Origin: an uncultured Gammaproteobacteria bacterium
Lineage (GTDB): Bacteria; Patescibacteriota; Patescibacteriia; SG8-24
Reading direction: 5' to 3'
Length of the DNA stretch: 56,643 nt
Assembly: GCA_964486995.1 (NCBI GenBank)
Contig: CAZAOV010000005.1
Span: forward strand, 13,903-70,545
This document shows positions 1-8,112 of this stretch, piece after piece. The translations under genes and the position numbers were made by a program. Numbering within the stretch: the stretch's first letter is position 1; each line of letters opens with the position of its first letter. A model generated the notes under the pieces. It searched no databases, was not told the origin of the DNA, and saw only the letters and a program-made list of their open reading frames with translations.

Positions 1-55
1 GGTTGAGGAGGCTCCGGTTGAGGAGGCTCCGGTTGAGGAGGCTCCGGTTGAGGAG
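1..55 (+). repeat. 15-nt tandem repeat ggttgaggaggctcc, about 3.5 copies
   Basis: Perfect head-to-tail copies at the window edge. The unit is 5 codons, so it stays in frame. Confidence 0.95.
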
Positions 56-67
56 AGCGCTGAGTAA
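2..67 (+). CDS. 3' end of an upstream CDS (partial) with VEEAP pentapeptide repeats
   Basis: Open frame from the window edge translates VEEAP x3 then VEESAE, with TAA at 65-67. A hairpin terminator follows. Confidence 0.45.
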   Translation, partial: VEEAPVEEAPVEEAPVEESAE

Positions 68-92
68 GCGCTTTGTACCAGGATTAATGCAG

Positions 93-120
93 AAACCACC
101 GGCATGCCGGTGGTTTTGTT
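93..120 (+). terminator. Rho-independent terminator of the partial upstream CDS
   Basis: Stem aaaccaccggca/tgccggtggttt (93-116) followed by a T-rich run. Confidence 0.7.
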
Positions 121-230
121 AAATCCCAGGAAACCCCGGGTGGAGCGGAGCGGAACCCGGGGAGGAGGTCATTATATTCCAGAAACCCCGGCTTCCGCGG
201 GGGGCTCAACATGGGGTTTCCTGGAATACA
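121..230. other. GC-rich nested inverted-repeat element between two convergent terminators
   Basis: ccaggaaacccc (126-137) is the exact complement of ggggtttcctgg (213-224). Inner hairpins are ccccggg/cccgggg (134-162) and ccccg/cgggg (186-202). The 10-mer gaaaccccgg occurs at 130-139 and 182-191. Confidence 0.6.
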
Positions 231-265
231 AAAAATCCGAGCCGTTAGGCTCGGACCATTTTTTA
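228..265. terminator. Bidirectional terminator serving pepF on the minus strand
   Basis: Stem tccgagcc/ggctcgga (236-255) is flanked by an A-run and a T-run, directly after the pepF stop (263-265). Confidence 0.75.
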
Positions 266-2161
266 GATTGTGACGCCCATCTTAGCGGACAGCCGTATCG
301 CTTCCTCTACCCATCTGCCGAAACTTACTTTAATTCCAGCTTCCCAGAATTCGGAATCAGTCGGATTGAGGCCGAAAGGCTTCAGCAATTCAACCGCGTT
401 TTTGGTCATTCCGGCGCGCAGCAGCTCTAGATACATCGGTTCGAAATCATCGCCGAATTCTTCGTGTCGCGCGAATAGCGACTGCGTGAAGATTTCGCCG
501 GTCGCATACGCATATACGTAGAACGGGCGATGGAAATGGCTGACGTAAGCCCAAAGCCGTTCGGCGTTTTCGTAAGTGAACACTTCGCCGTCGGGTCCAT
601 ACAGATCATAAGTCGTTTCTATCCAGATTCTGCTCAGGTCGTCTGCCGAAAGTCGCTTGTCGGCCCCGTGTACACGCCGCTCGAACTCTGAGAAACCGAC
701 CTGCCGCACCACGCTGTTGGCAAAATCATCGCTTTTGCCCATGATCAGATTTAAAGCGCCCTGCCAATTTTGCTTAGCCTCCAAATCCTTCATCAGATAT
801 TTGAACGTAACCATCTCACCAAAGATGCTGGCGGTTTCCGCGTATGCCATAGGTGCATGCATCATCAGGTTGCCCTGTGCATGGCCTGCCAACAGGCCGT
901 GGACGCCGTGACCCAGCTCATGAGCCAGTGTGGCCACATCCCGAACCGAACCCAGATGGTTCAGGAACGTGAACGTCATCGGCGTTCCGTCCAACATGCA
1001 CAGCGAGGCGTTAAACGCTCCGCCGCGTTTGCCTTCGTAATGCGGCGCATCAATTCGTCCCAAGCGATATTGCTCTTTAATCATGTCGGCAAGTGTCGGG
1101 CTGAAACTGCGGTACGCCGCATCGACAATGCGCCGAGCTTCATCGAACGGAATAACCGTGTCGTCGCTGAACGGCAGTGGGGCGTTACGATCGCTCCAGG
1201 CCAAGCGCTCCAGACCCAGGTGGGCCGCTTTCAGTCGATAATGCTGCTGCATAATCGGCGCTGCCACCCGCGCTACGGCTTCGTGTAGCGCCTCCACGGT
1301 CGCATCGCTCATCATGTTGGCCGTGTTTCGAGCGGCCATAGGGTGCGGATAACCGCGCTCGGCGTCTTCGAGCGCCTTGGCGCGGACCGTATTCATGAGA
1401 GTTTCGGTGGAGTATTTCAAGAAAAAACCGTCAAACGCGTCATGAATTCCCTGCAGAATTCGCGCCCGAGTCTTGGCGTCGCGTTCTTCAGACAAATCAT
1501 GTAGCGCCCGGGTCAGTGTGAATTCTCCGTCTGGCAGATTCACTCGCAGGTCGGCTTCCACCTCATCAAAGAACTGCGCCCAGGAACCCGGACCAAACGG
1601 ACTGCGTTTGGCGAGCGCCTGCTCGACCTCCTCGGACAGAAGATGGTCTTTGAAAAGACGCATCTTGTTGATGAGCGGCAGATGCTTTCTGACGAAATCG
1701 CTTTCTTGGGCCTGTCGATCGATGTCAGCCCAATCAAGCGCACATACCTCAAGCTGGAAAAACGTCAGATGCTGACCTGCGGCCATCATGATTCGTTCAG
1801 TAGTTTCGCCTAGGCGCTTTTTGATTTCTTGGTCACCAGTTGTCAGCGATTGCCGCAAGAAAAGATAATCTAACGGCTTGTCAGCCAGCCTGTCGAGTCG
1901 GGCGTACTCCTCGAGTGCCTCCGCTAGCTTTGTATTCAATCGACCGCAATAATCCGCATTGAATTTGGCTGCCAGCTGTTCGAATTGATTTATGTCCGCA
2001 TCGATTTGCGGATCGTCCAGCTCAGAATAAAAGCAAGACAAGTTCCAGCGAACGTTCATCGCCGATTGATCCGGGCTACGTTGCATTTTGCCACCCATTC
2101 CGCCGTCTTTGGCTGATTGTATTAAGGTGCATCGGGCGTTATCTTGATTTGTCTTAAACAT
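263..2161 (-). CDS. pepF: Oligoendopeptidase F (M3B zinc metallopeptidase)
   Basis: 632-aa ORF with the HEXXH zinc motif (AHELGHGVHG) and length and layout typical of PepF. The start may lie at an internal Met (M22/M26). Confidence 0.85.
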   Translation of the reverse strand: MFKTNQDNARCTLIQSAKDGGMGGKMQRSPDQSAMNVRWNLSCFYSELDDPQIDADINQFEQLAAKFNADYCGRLNTKLAEALEEYARLDRLADKPLDYLFLRQSLTTGDQEIKKRLGETTERIMMAAGQHLTFFQLEVCALDWADIDRQAQESDFVRKHLPLINKMRLFKDHLLSEEVEQALAKRSPFGPGSWAQFFDEVEADLRVNLPDGEFTLTRALHDLSEERDAKTRARILQGIHDAFDGFFLKYSTETLMNTVRAKALEDAERGYPHPMAARNTANMMSDATVEALHEAVARVAAPIMQQHYRLKAAHLGLERLAWSDRNAPLPFSDDTVIPFDEARRIVDAAYRSFSPTLADMIKEQYRLGRIDAPHYEGKRGGAFNASLCMLDGTPMTFTFLNHLGSVRDVATLAHELGHGVHGLLAGHAQGNLMMHAPMAYAETASIFGEMVTFKYLMKDLEAKQNWQGALNLIMGKSDDFANSVVRQVGFSEFERRVHGADKRLSADDLSRIWIETTYDLYGPDGEVFTYENAERLWAYVSHFHRPFYVYAYATGEIFTQSLFARHEEFGDDFEPMYLELLRAGMTKNAVELLKPFGLNPTDSEFWEAGIKVSFGRWVEEAIRLSAKMGVTI

Positions 2162-2265
2162 AAAGTCAACAATGATAATTATTGTCAGTGCTCGGCAAAA
2201 GGTGTAACATAGCCGAGATTAGCAATATAAATGTAACACTCGGCTGATTTAGCGGAAACCTACCT

Positions 2266-2910
2266 ATGAAGAAAGCAATCGTCATCGTAATTCTATTAGG
2301 CTGCATTGTCGGCCTTGACGTGATAGTCGGTCGTTCTGGCATTTCTGGTGACCAGGCCTCAGCCGGTGAATTCGAAGAAAAAATGAGTATTGGCTTACTG
2401 GCTCCTTTGAGCGGTGAAAAATCCGCTGATGGACGCTCGGCTAAGCGGGGATTTGAGTTGGCGGTCCGAGGGCTGAGAGCTTGGGGGCTGTCGGTTGAGT
2501 TGGAGGATACCCGTTGTGATGCTCAGTATGCGATTGGGGCGGTAAATCGCCTACTGAGGGCTGGGGCTGATGCGGTGGTTGGTGGCCTGTGTCCATCAGT
2601 GGCCAACGTGGTGGAAGAAGCGTTAGCTGAGCAAGGCGTGCCCTATGTGGCGCTGGATGTCGGGGAGTCGGCAACCGTGTATAGGCTGGATTCATACATC
2701 GATAAAGAAGAGGCGCTAGCTGATTATTTTGTCGATGGACATAAAGAAAATTACGGCGCTCGGCCGGATTATATCGCGGCGTTAGCATTTGATACCTTGA
2801 CCGCCGTGACTATGGAGCTGCGCGATGGCATGCCGAGCGACGAAGATCCGCTGCAGTTTTTGCGCGAGACGGTTCATTACGGGGTTTCCGGAGAAGTTAA
2901 ATTTAGATAG
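2266..2910 (+). CDS. Short type-1 periplasmic-binding-fold protein (LivJ-like), membrane anchored, apparently lacking the central part of the fold
   Basis: N-terminal hydrophobic anchor. SIGLLAPLSGEKSADG and LEDTRCD resemble the N-lobe of Leu/Ile/Val-type binding proteins. The C-terminus ends in the GVSGEVKF-type motif, but the protein is only 214 aa. Confidence 0.5.
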   Translation: MKKAIVIVILLGCIVGLDVIVGRSGISGDQASAGEFEEKMSIGLLAPLSGEKSADGRSAKRGFELAVRGLRAWGLSVELEDTRCDAQYAIGAVNRLLRAGADAVVGGLCPSVANVVEEALAEQGVPYVALDVGESATVYRLDSYIDKEEALADYFVDGHKENYGARPDYIAALAFDTLTAVTMELRDGMPSDEDPLQFLRETVHYGVSGEVKFR

Positions 2911-2912
2911 TG

Positions 2913-2947
2913 AAAAAACGCCTGACATTTTACCGTCTGGCGTTTTT
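2913..2947. terminator. Bidirectional terminator between convergent genes
   Basis: aaaaacgcctgac / gtctggcgttttt imperfect stem with flanking A and T runs. Confidence 0.6.
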
Positions 2948-3665
2948 AGTTGCTTCTTTTTAGTTGTTCAATTTCATTTTTTGATAATTCGCGCCATTGG
3001 CCGTAGCGCAGCCGTCCCAATTTGAGCGTATGAATTCTGATTCGTCGCAGTTTAGTAGCCTCCAGACCGACCGCTTCGCACATTCGTCGAATCTGCCGAT
3101 TCATGCCCTGCCTCAATACAATGCGAAATTGATTGCTTGATATGCGATTAACCTTAGCCGGTAATGTTTTGCCGTCCGGCAGTTTAATGCCGTCTCGTAG
3201 CTGTCCAATTTGCTCATCGTTGATTTCTTTGGACACTTCCACTTCGTATTCTTTTTCATGCTCGTATCGTGGGTGTGTAAGGCGTTCGGTTAGTTCGCCG
3301 TCGTTGGTCAGCAGCAGCAGTCCGGACGACTCTACGTCTAGGCGGCCAACCGGAAATACGCGCTCTGAAAGTCCAACATAATCGATTACGTTATCAGGTG
3401 CGCTGTGATCGGTCGTGCTGATAACACCGATCGGCTTATTCAGCATGATGTAGATTTTTTTTGACGGCCCGTCGATTGGCAGGCCATCAACTTCGATATC
3501 ATCATTATGACCGACCTGTTCTCCCATTTCCGCAGTTTGTCCGTTTATCAAAACACGACCAGCACTGATTAGCCGGTCTGCTTCGCGTCGTGAACAAACA
3601 CCGCGTTGCGATAAAATTTTATTGATGCGTTCTGTCATGTCAGGACATGATAGCTTAAATATCAT
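2946..3665 (-). CDS. Pseudouridine synthase, RsuA/RluB family
   Basis: S4 domain (INKILSQRGVCSRREADRLI) plus catalytic motif PVGRLDVESSGLLLLTNDG. The likely start is M10 at complement 3636-3638. Confidence 0.9.
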   Translation of the reverse strand: MIFKLSCPDMTERINKILSQRGVCSRREADRLISAGRVLINGQTAEMGEQVGHNDDIEVDGLPIDGPSKKIYIMLNKPIGVISTTDHSAPDNVIDYVGLSERVFPVGRLDVESSGLLLLTNDGELTERLTHPRYEHEKEYEVEVSKEINDEQIGQLRDGIKLPDGKTLPAKVNRISSNQFRIVLRQGMNRQIRRMCEAVGLEATKLRRIRIHTLKLGRLRYGQWRELSKNEIEQLKRSN

Positions 3666-3732
3666 AGCCGGTCAACCGTATTGACCCAGAAAAGAAAATG
3701 CCATATCATAAATGCTTCAATAAGGAGAAGCC

Positions 3733-3864
3733 ATGTCTGAGCGAGAAGTTGACGGACAGGAGCTGTTTGAGGTGGTTGAGGGCTTACTGGAGCAAGCTGA
3801 AAAAATTGTCGGCTACCAGAAAGACAGTGGAAAGCAGTCTGCAGACGCTTATTTTGCTCAATAA
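3733..3864 (+). CDS. Candidate small acidic protein (43 aa)
   Basis: AGGAG lies 5 nt upstream of the ATG. The translation MSEREVDGQELFEVVEGLLEQAEKIVGYQKDSGKQSADAYFAQ looks protein-like. It competes with the 3698..4000 ORF in another frame. Confidence 0.3.
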   Translation: MSEREVDGQELFEVVEGLLEQAEKIVGYQKDSGKQSADAYFAQ

Positions 3865-3895
3865 TCAGTATCCGGCCACGCAGGAGTTTCTGGTC

Positions 3896-4000
3896 ATGAG
3901 GGGTCTAGGTAGTGTAGCCGAGTTAGACGAGCGGGGCATTAAGGAGCTTGAGCTCCATCTGCTTAACTGCCTCAGTCAGGCACAGAGCCAAAATAACTGA
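3896..4000 (+). CDS. Candidate small protein (34 aa), the C-terminal part of tracked ORF 3698..4000
   Basis: Only the second half of the 100-aa ORF looks protein-like (GLGSVAELDERGIKELELHLL). AGGAG lies 9 nt upstream of this ATG. A terminator follows. Confidence 0.2.
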   Translation: MRGLGSVAELDERGIKELELHLLNCLSQAQSQNN

Positions 4001-4010
4001 TTTCTATACG

Positions 4011-4037
4011 ATGCCTCAACTACGAGGCATTTTTTTA
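4011..4037 (+). terminator. Rho-independent terminator
   Basis: atgcctc/gaggcat stem followed by ttttttt. Confidence 0.75.
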
Positions 4038-4091
4038 TTTAATTTTAGTAAAAAATAATAAAAATAAAGCAAAAAATGCCAGTTTATACCC

Positions 4092-4122
4092 TTGACAAAA
4101 AGGCGTAAACATGGCATACTAT
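4092..4122 (+). promoter_or_regulatory. Sigma70-like promoter candidate
   Basis: TTGACA (4092-4097) with CATACT/TACTAT 17-19 nt downstream, about 60 nt before the 4182 ORF. Confidence 0.45.
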
Positions 4123-4181
4123 GACGTTGTCTAGCAGATGCTAGACTATTTATTTTTAGCCGTAACAAGCGAAATTTATTT

Positions 4182-4766
4182 ATGGACGAAGAGAGTCCAA
4201 GGAGTAAAATTGTAGTCCTGGCCCTAGCGGTATTAATAATTCTTGTAGCTACAGATCGTGCGGTCGGCAATGTAACTGTCGGGAATCCGTTCAAGGCCAC
4301 CTCAGCAGAGGCAGCTGTGCAAGGTCCGGGTGCTGACTACATGAATGAAGAGCTGCAAACGGCACAGACATTCAACACCGTTCAAGGGACGTTGCTTGAG
4401 TTATGTGAAAATCGTGGTTACGGCGAGGATTGCGCTCGCACACTGCTGGGCATGCTTTGGAAGGAGTCGCTCAACGATGCTCAGGCAATAGGAGACTATG
4501 GTCAGGCGCGTGGCTATTTTCAGATATGGTATCGATTGCACGGCATTTCCATAGATTGCGCTGAGGATTTGACCTGCTCGGCCAATTGGACGCTCGACTA
4601 TTTGGAGCAGAACGGTTACCCGCACCATAAGGCTTACGCCATTCAGTGCCATAACGGGTGTGAAATCTGGAACGGCTATTGGCAATCGGCCGTTCGTTGG
4701 GGTGACCGAAAATGGAACACACCGCTGTTCCTGGATGATCCGCGACATAATGTAGCCATGAAATAA
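4182..4766 (+). CDS. Membrane-anchored lytic transglycosylase (SLT domain) protein
   Basis: TM anchor followed by WKESLNDAQAIGDYGQARGYFQI, which matches the SLT catalytic ES...G(L/Y)(M/F)Q motif. Confidence 0.6.
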   Translation: MDEESPRSKIVVLALAVLIILVATDRAVGNVTVGNPFKATSAEAAVQGPGADYMNEELQTAQTFNTVQGTLLELCENRGYGEDCARTLLGMLWKESLNDAQAIGDYGQARGYFQIWYRLHGISIDCAEDLTCSANWTLDYLEQNGYPHHKAYAIQCHNGCEIWNGYWQSAVRWGDRKWNTPLFLDDPRHNVAMK

Positions 4767-4773
4767 TATCGGC

Positions 4774-4797
4774 AAAACGGGCAATAGCCCGTTTTGT
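4774..4797 (+). terminator. Rho-independent terminator
   Basis: aaaacgggc-aata-gcccgtttt hairpin. Confidence 0.7.
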
Positions 4798-4827
4798 GAT
4801 ACACTGATGTAATAAACATACGTAAAT

Positions 4828-5169
4828 ATGATTATGCGAATACTAATACAGTGGATTGGCTCCGCGGTCGCGGTCATGGCTTTCGCGTACATACTGCCCG
4901 GGGTGGAGGTGCGCAATTGGTTCGTGGCGTTAGTGGTTGCCGTGGTGCTTGGTCTGATTAACGCCATCTTGCGACCGATATTATTGATTCTTACCTTGCC
5001 GGTAAACATTTTAACGCTTGGTTTGCTTACATTTGTAATTGATGCATTGCTGGTGATGCTGGCGGCCAGATTAATAGACGGCTTTACGGTTACGGCGTTT
5101 TGGTGGGCACTGCTATTTGCTCTGCTTATGGGCATCGTAAATACACTGCTAAAGATAGGTAGCAAATAG
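4828..5169 (+). CDS. Phage-holin-4-2 / DUF360 (YvlD-like) small membrane protein
   Basis: 113 aa with four hydrophobic helices. LPGVEV...LGLINAILRPILLILTLP is typical of this family. Confidence 0.8.
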   Translation: MIMRILIQWIGSAVAVMAFAYILPGVEVRNWFVALVVAVVLGLINAILRPILLILTLPVNILTLGLLTFVIDALLVMLAARLIDGFTVTAFWWALLFALLMGIVNTLLKIGSK

Positions 5170-5249
5170 CGCTTATTGCGCCAACAGGAAAGTCGCGCTA
5201 CTATCGAATGGCGTGGCTCTTTTGAATCACATCAACCGGGGAGACAACA

Positions 5250-5750
5250 GTGCCTAACTCCAATTATGGTCCACAAAATGGATGGTTTTCTATCGTGCAT
5301 GTCGAAACGCTCAACGACGGCAACATCAATTGCCTGTCAGCCATGGTGTATGACCCGCAGGATAGCCAGCTGAAGGCGTTTTATGAGGCTCGTATCAGCC
5401 GGAATGCGATGGACGGATGCGATTCCCGGTGCGTCTCGCTCGAAGTGGCCATGTGCGGACTGGCCGATACCTGTCGTGGCACGTCACTGATGGCATTTGA
5501 GGTTGCTGCGGTTCGTGATTTTATTCAGGAAGGCTGTCAGACGGCCGGGATTGAATATCCGTTTATCGCTGGAAACGACGTTGATGTCAAAACTCTGGCT
5601 GACGTAAGCGTTGGTCCATTGGCGCAAGGTGCCGTTGGGTTGCGTCAGGCCGCCGAACGGCTTGGTATCCGAACGCTCCCGGCTGAGGATGCTCCGTCGT
5701 GGGGTGCGGTAGCCTGTTGGTACGTGCTACGGCGAATTATGAAGGTTTAA
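5250..5750 (+). CDS. Hypothetical Cys-rich protein
   Basis: 166-aa ORF with a GTG start 6 nt after GGAG and a terminator downstream. I recognised no domain. Confidence 0.6.
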   Translation: MPNSNYGPQNGWFSIVHVETLNDGNINCLSAMVYDPQDSQLKAFYEARISRNAMDGCDSRCVSLEVAMCGLADTCRGTSLMAFEVAAVRDFIQEGCQTAGIEYPFIAGNDVDVKTLADVSVGPLAQGAVGLRQAAERLGIRTLPAEDAPSWGAVACWYVLRRIMKV

Positions 5751-5754
5751 TATG

Positions 5755-5783
5755 AAAACCCGAGTTGTGACTCGGGTTTTTTC
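5755..5783 (+). terminator. Rho-independent terminator
   Basis: acccgag/ctcgggt stem plus tttttt. Confidence 0.8.
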
Positions 5784-5811
5784 TTTGGTTTTGATATACT
5801 GTTTCAACACC

Positions 5812-5896
5812 TAACCCACGCGAGGACATGCTGTAATGCGCGCGGCCAGCAGCGTTCAGCGTGTCCGAGCCACCTATTAGAAGTAAGACACCACAT
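5812..5896 (+). promoter_or_regulatory. Composite copy (A) of the recurrent pre-ATG leader element
   Basis: 5861-5896 is 35/36 identical to 32150-32185. 5812-5829 matches 32100-32117 at 17/18. 5828-5844 is identical to 32782-32798. Confidence 0.8.
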
Positions 5897-6094
5897 ATGT
5901 TAGATAACCACCTCTACAACTTAATGTCACAAATTGTTGAAGATCATCGTTCGCTTTGGCGTATGCGCGACATGTACGAAAATGATTCCGGTGAATGTAT
6001 AGAATGCCGCGAAATGTGGCAGAAGATAGCTGACGAACGCGAGGTCGAACTTAATAATTTGGTCCAAAAACTCAAAGCACACCTGACCGAATAA
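5897..6094 (+). CDS. Hypothetical small helical protein (65 aa, CxxC)
   Basis: The ATG directly follows the conserved leader. The tracked ORF start at 5861 is the GTG inside the leader motif. Confidence 0.6.
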   Translation: MLDNHLYNLMSQIVEDHRSLWRMRDMYENDSGECIECREMWQKIADEREVELNNLVQKLKAHLTE

Positions 6095-6099
6095 GCAAA

Positions 6100-6130
6100 C
6101 AAAAAAATCGGGCTAGACCCGATTTTTTGG
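6100..6130. terminator. Bidirectional terminator
   Basis: aaaaaaatcgggctagacccgatttttt palindromic hairpin between convergent genes. Confidence 0.8.
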
Positions 6131-6135
6131 TGTTC

Positions 6136-7572
6136 TTATAGTCCGATCGTCGCCGCCTCGACAGTTTCTCCTAACAGCAGGAGCGGTTCTCCCATTGGAT
6201 GCAGAGCCAGGGCCTTATCGTTGCAGGTAACAATCGAGGTCCAGTTATATCCGTATCCCAGGAATACTTCCTCGCTCGGTATGCGACGGCGAAAGCTATC
6301 GGAAATGACAAATACGGCCGGGTCATCAGGAGATTTGGCGAGCGTGCCTTCGGGGAAAGTAACTGGTTCACCGATTGAATACTCAACAATTTCTTCGGGT
6401 GAGGCTGGAATGACAGATCTTTCGCCAAATCGCGCCTTTAAGATTGCAATGTCCCAAATCGCATGGCGTACGCCATTTTCTACGTACCACACGCCTCCGG
6501 TGACCGAGTCCTGAATCAGCTGACCAAGCGGGTAAGCACTTTCCAACGTAATCATGTTGCCGAGGCTATAGTCCTCGATATCCTCTAGCGACACCTCTTC
6601 TACCTCTTCTGGGTTGAATCCAATTTCTCGGAACACATCTTCCGATGCTATCGGTCGTCGCTCGTCACCAATTAGCAAATAGATTACGCCGTTCTCGTCG
6701 CTTACCAGTGACAAATCCGGGAATGACAGCGGTTTGCCCGGATTGGCTTCTTCCAGTGCGCGGAATTCATATTCACCTAACACCACCGGAGCGCGATTGC
6801 CGAACCGTGACTCCAATACCGACTGACTTATTATCGGTCGGAACTTACGACCCTGAATTATGGCATATGCGCCGGTTTCCTCATTCATTACTAGCGTGCC
6901 GTCTGGAAACATAATTTCTCCGACACCTTCCCCCCACCATCGCTGCCAGATATTATAGAATAGCTTGTTGCCGTGAATGTGCGGCGTATAATTATACATT
7001 CCGGCAGTTGCCAAGTTTGCTGGCGTGACGTCTTTGTAGCTAATAGTATAGGTCACCTTCGGCTGTTTGAGGTAGTCCGGGACGTTAGACATGTACCAGT
7101 CCATCCAACCGGCAGCAGCATCAATTTGCTTGGCAAAGCCTTTATACTTTTGCGCCAGCGAACTGGATTTATAACAACCGTCACATAACGCGTATCCGGC
7201 AGCCCAATCCAGCTGATCTTTCGTAGGTTTGTCCGTTTCCACGATGCCCTGCTCTTTTTGCAGAATTGCGAGAACATATTTTGGATTGATGCTGTAGCGT
7301 TTGGCCGCATCATCGACGAGCTGGGCGGTTCCTTTGAGCAGACCGTCTATCGCGTCTACATCGAACTGATTATTTAAACCACCTTTTTCATCTAGGAAAT
7401 CATAGATTTCCTGAAAGTTCATCGCGTAAGCATCGCGCATTTCGTCATCCGACATAATATAGTTCGGATTGAAGGCAGCTGCCCGCGCTGGAAGCGGGAC
7501 GGCGCTTAATAACATGGCTGCGGTAGCCACGACCACGGTAATTTTTTTGCTGAAATTTTTGATGCTCATCAT
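6136..7572 (-). CDS. Secreted protein with four C-terminal ~55-aa repeats
   Basis: Signal peptide (AVPLPARAAA). The C-terminal half holds four repeats beginning FPDGTLV / FPDLSLV / YPLGQLI / FPEGTLA. Confidence 0.75.
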   Translation of the reverse strand: MMSIKNFSKKITVVVATAAMLLSAVPLPARAAAFNPNYIMSDDEMRDAYAMNFQEIYDFLDEKGGLNNQFDVDAIDGLLKGTAQLVDDAAKRYSINPKYVLAILQKEQGIVETDKPTKDQLDWAAGYALCDGCYKSSSLAQKYKGFAKQIDAAAGWMDWYMSNVPDYLKQPKVTYTISYKDVTPANLATAGMYNYTPHIHGNKLFYNIWQRWWGEGVGEIMFPDGTLVMNEETGAYAIIQGRKFRPIISQSVLESRFGNRAPVVLGEYEFRALEEANPGKPLSFPDLSLVSDENGVIYLLIGDERRPIASEDVFREIGFNPEEVEEVSLEDIEDYSLGNMITLESAYPLGQLIQDSVTGGVWYVENGVRHAIWDIAILKARFGERSVIPASPEEIVEYSIGEPVTFPEGTLAKSPDDPAVFVISDSFRRRIPSEEVFLGYGYNWTSIVTCNDKALALHPMGEPLLLLGETVEAATIGL

Positions 7573-7680
7573 ACGATAACATTATAACTATTTGCTGAGC
7601 GGATTTGTAGTTTGGTGTCAATCCCATATTTGATATTCAGATTATGGTAATCTAACAGCATAGAGCTAAGTCGAATATTT

Positions 7681-8079
7681 ATGACATCCACAGTCACCAT
7701 AAAACCTTGGGGAAAAGAAGTGTTACTCACAGAGCCTGATTCTAGCTATGTCGCGAAGCTATTATATGTTAAGGCTGGCGCGCGATTGTCGTTGCAGTAC
7801 CACGATAAGAAGGTGGAAACTCATTGCTTGGTGTCAGGGAGCGTTTTGCTCTGGCTGGAAAATGAGTCTGGGGATATCGAGAAGATAGAGATGGAGCCGG
7901 AGAAAGGTTATACTATACTTCCTGGCAAGAGGCATCGGCTTGAGAGCATGGATGACGCCGTGGTGTTTGAAGCTTCCACTCCAGAGATTGGGACGACATT
8001 TCGTGTAGAGGATGACTACGACCGGCCGGACGAAACTCAGGAATTAAGATCGACAACAAATCGCGGCTGGACACAATAA
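7681..8079 (+). CDS. Cupin-domain protein (mannose-6-phosphate isomerase type II-like)
   Basis: KPWGKE...LSLQYHDKKVETHCLVSG...GKRHRLE is a cupin motif pattern. Confidence 0.65.
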   Translation: MTSTVTIKPWGKEVLLTEPDSSYVAKLLYVKAGARLSLQYHDKKVETHCLVSGSVLLWLENESGDIEKIEMEPEKGYTILPGKRHRLESMDDAVVFEASTPEIGTTFRVEDDYDRPDETQELRSTTNRGWTQ

Positions 8080-8112
8080 TTGGAAGTAGCTCGGTACGCA
8101 TACAAACCCTAT

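Noticed and set aside
104-430. A 108-aa plus-strand ORF spanning the intergenic element and the pepF 3' end
   Set aside because: It crosses two terminators and runs antisense into pepF. Its composition is driven by the GC-rich palindromes.
5861-5896. The recurrent leader translated as an N-terminal peptide VSEPPIR(S/N)KTPH
   Set aside because: The motif is in frame with the downstream ATG in copies A, C and E. Copy B has in-frame TAG/TAA codons, copy D has no start codon, and copy E would need CTG. A DNA- or RNA-level role is more parsimonious.
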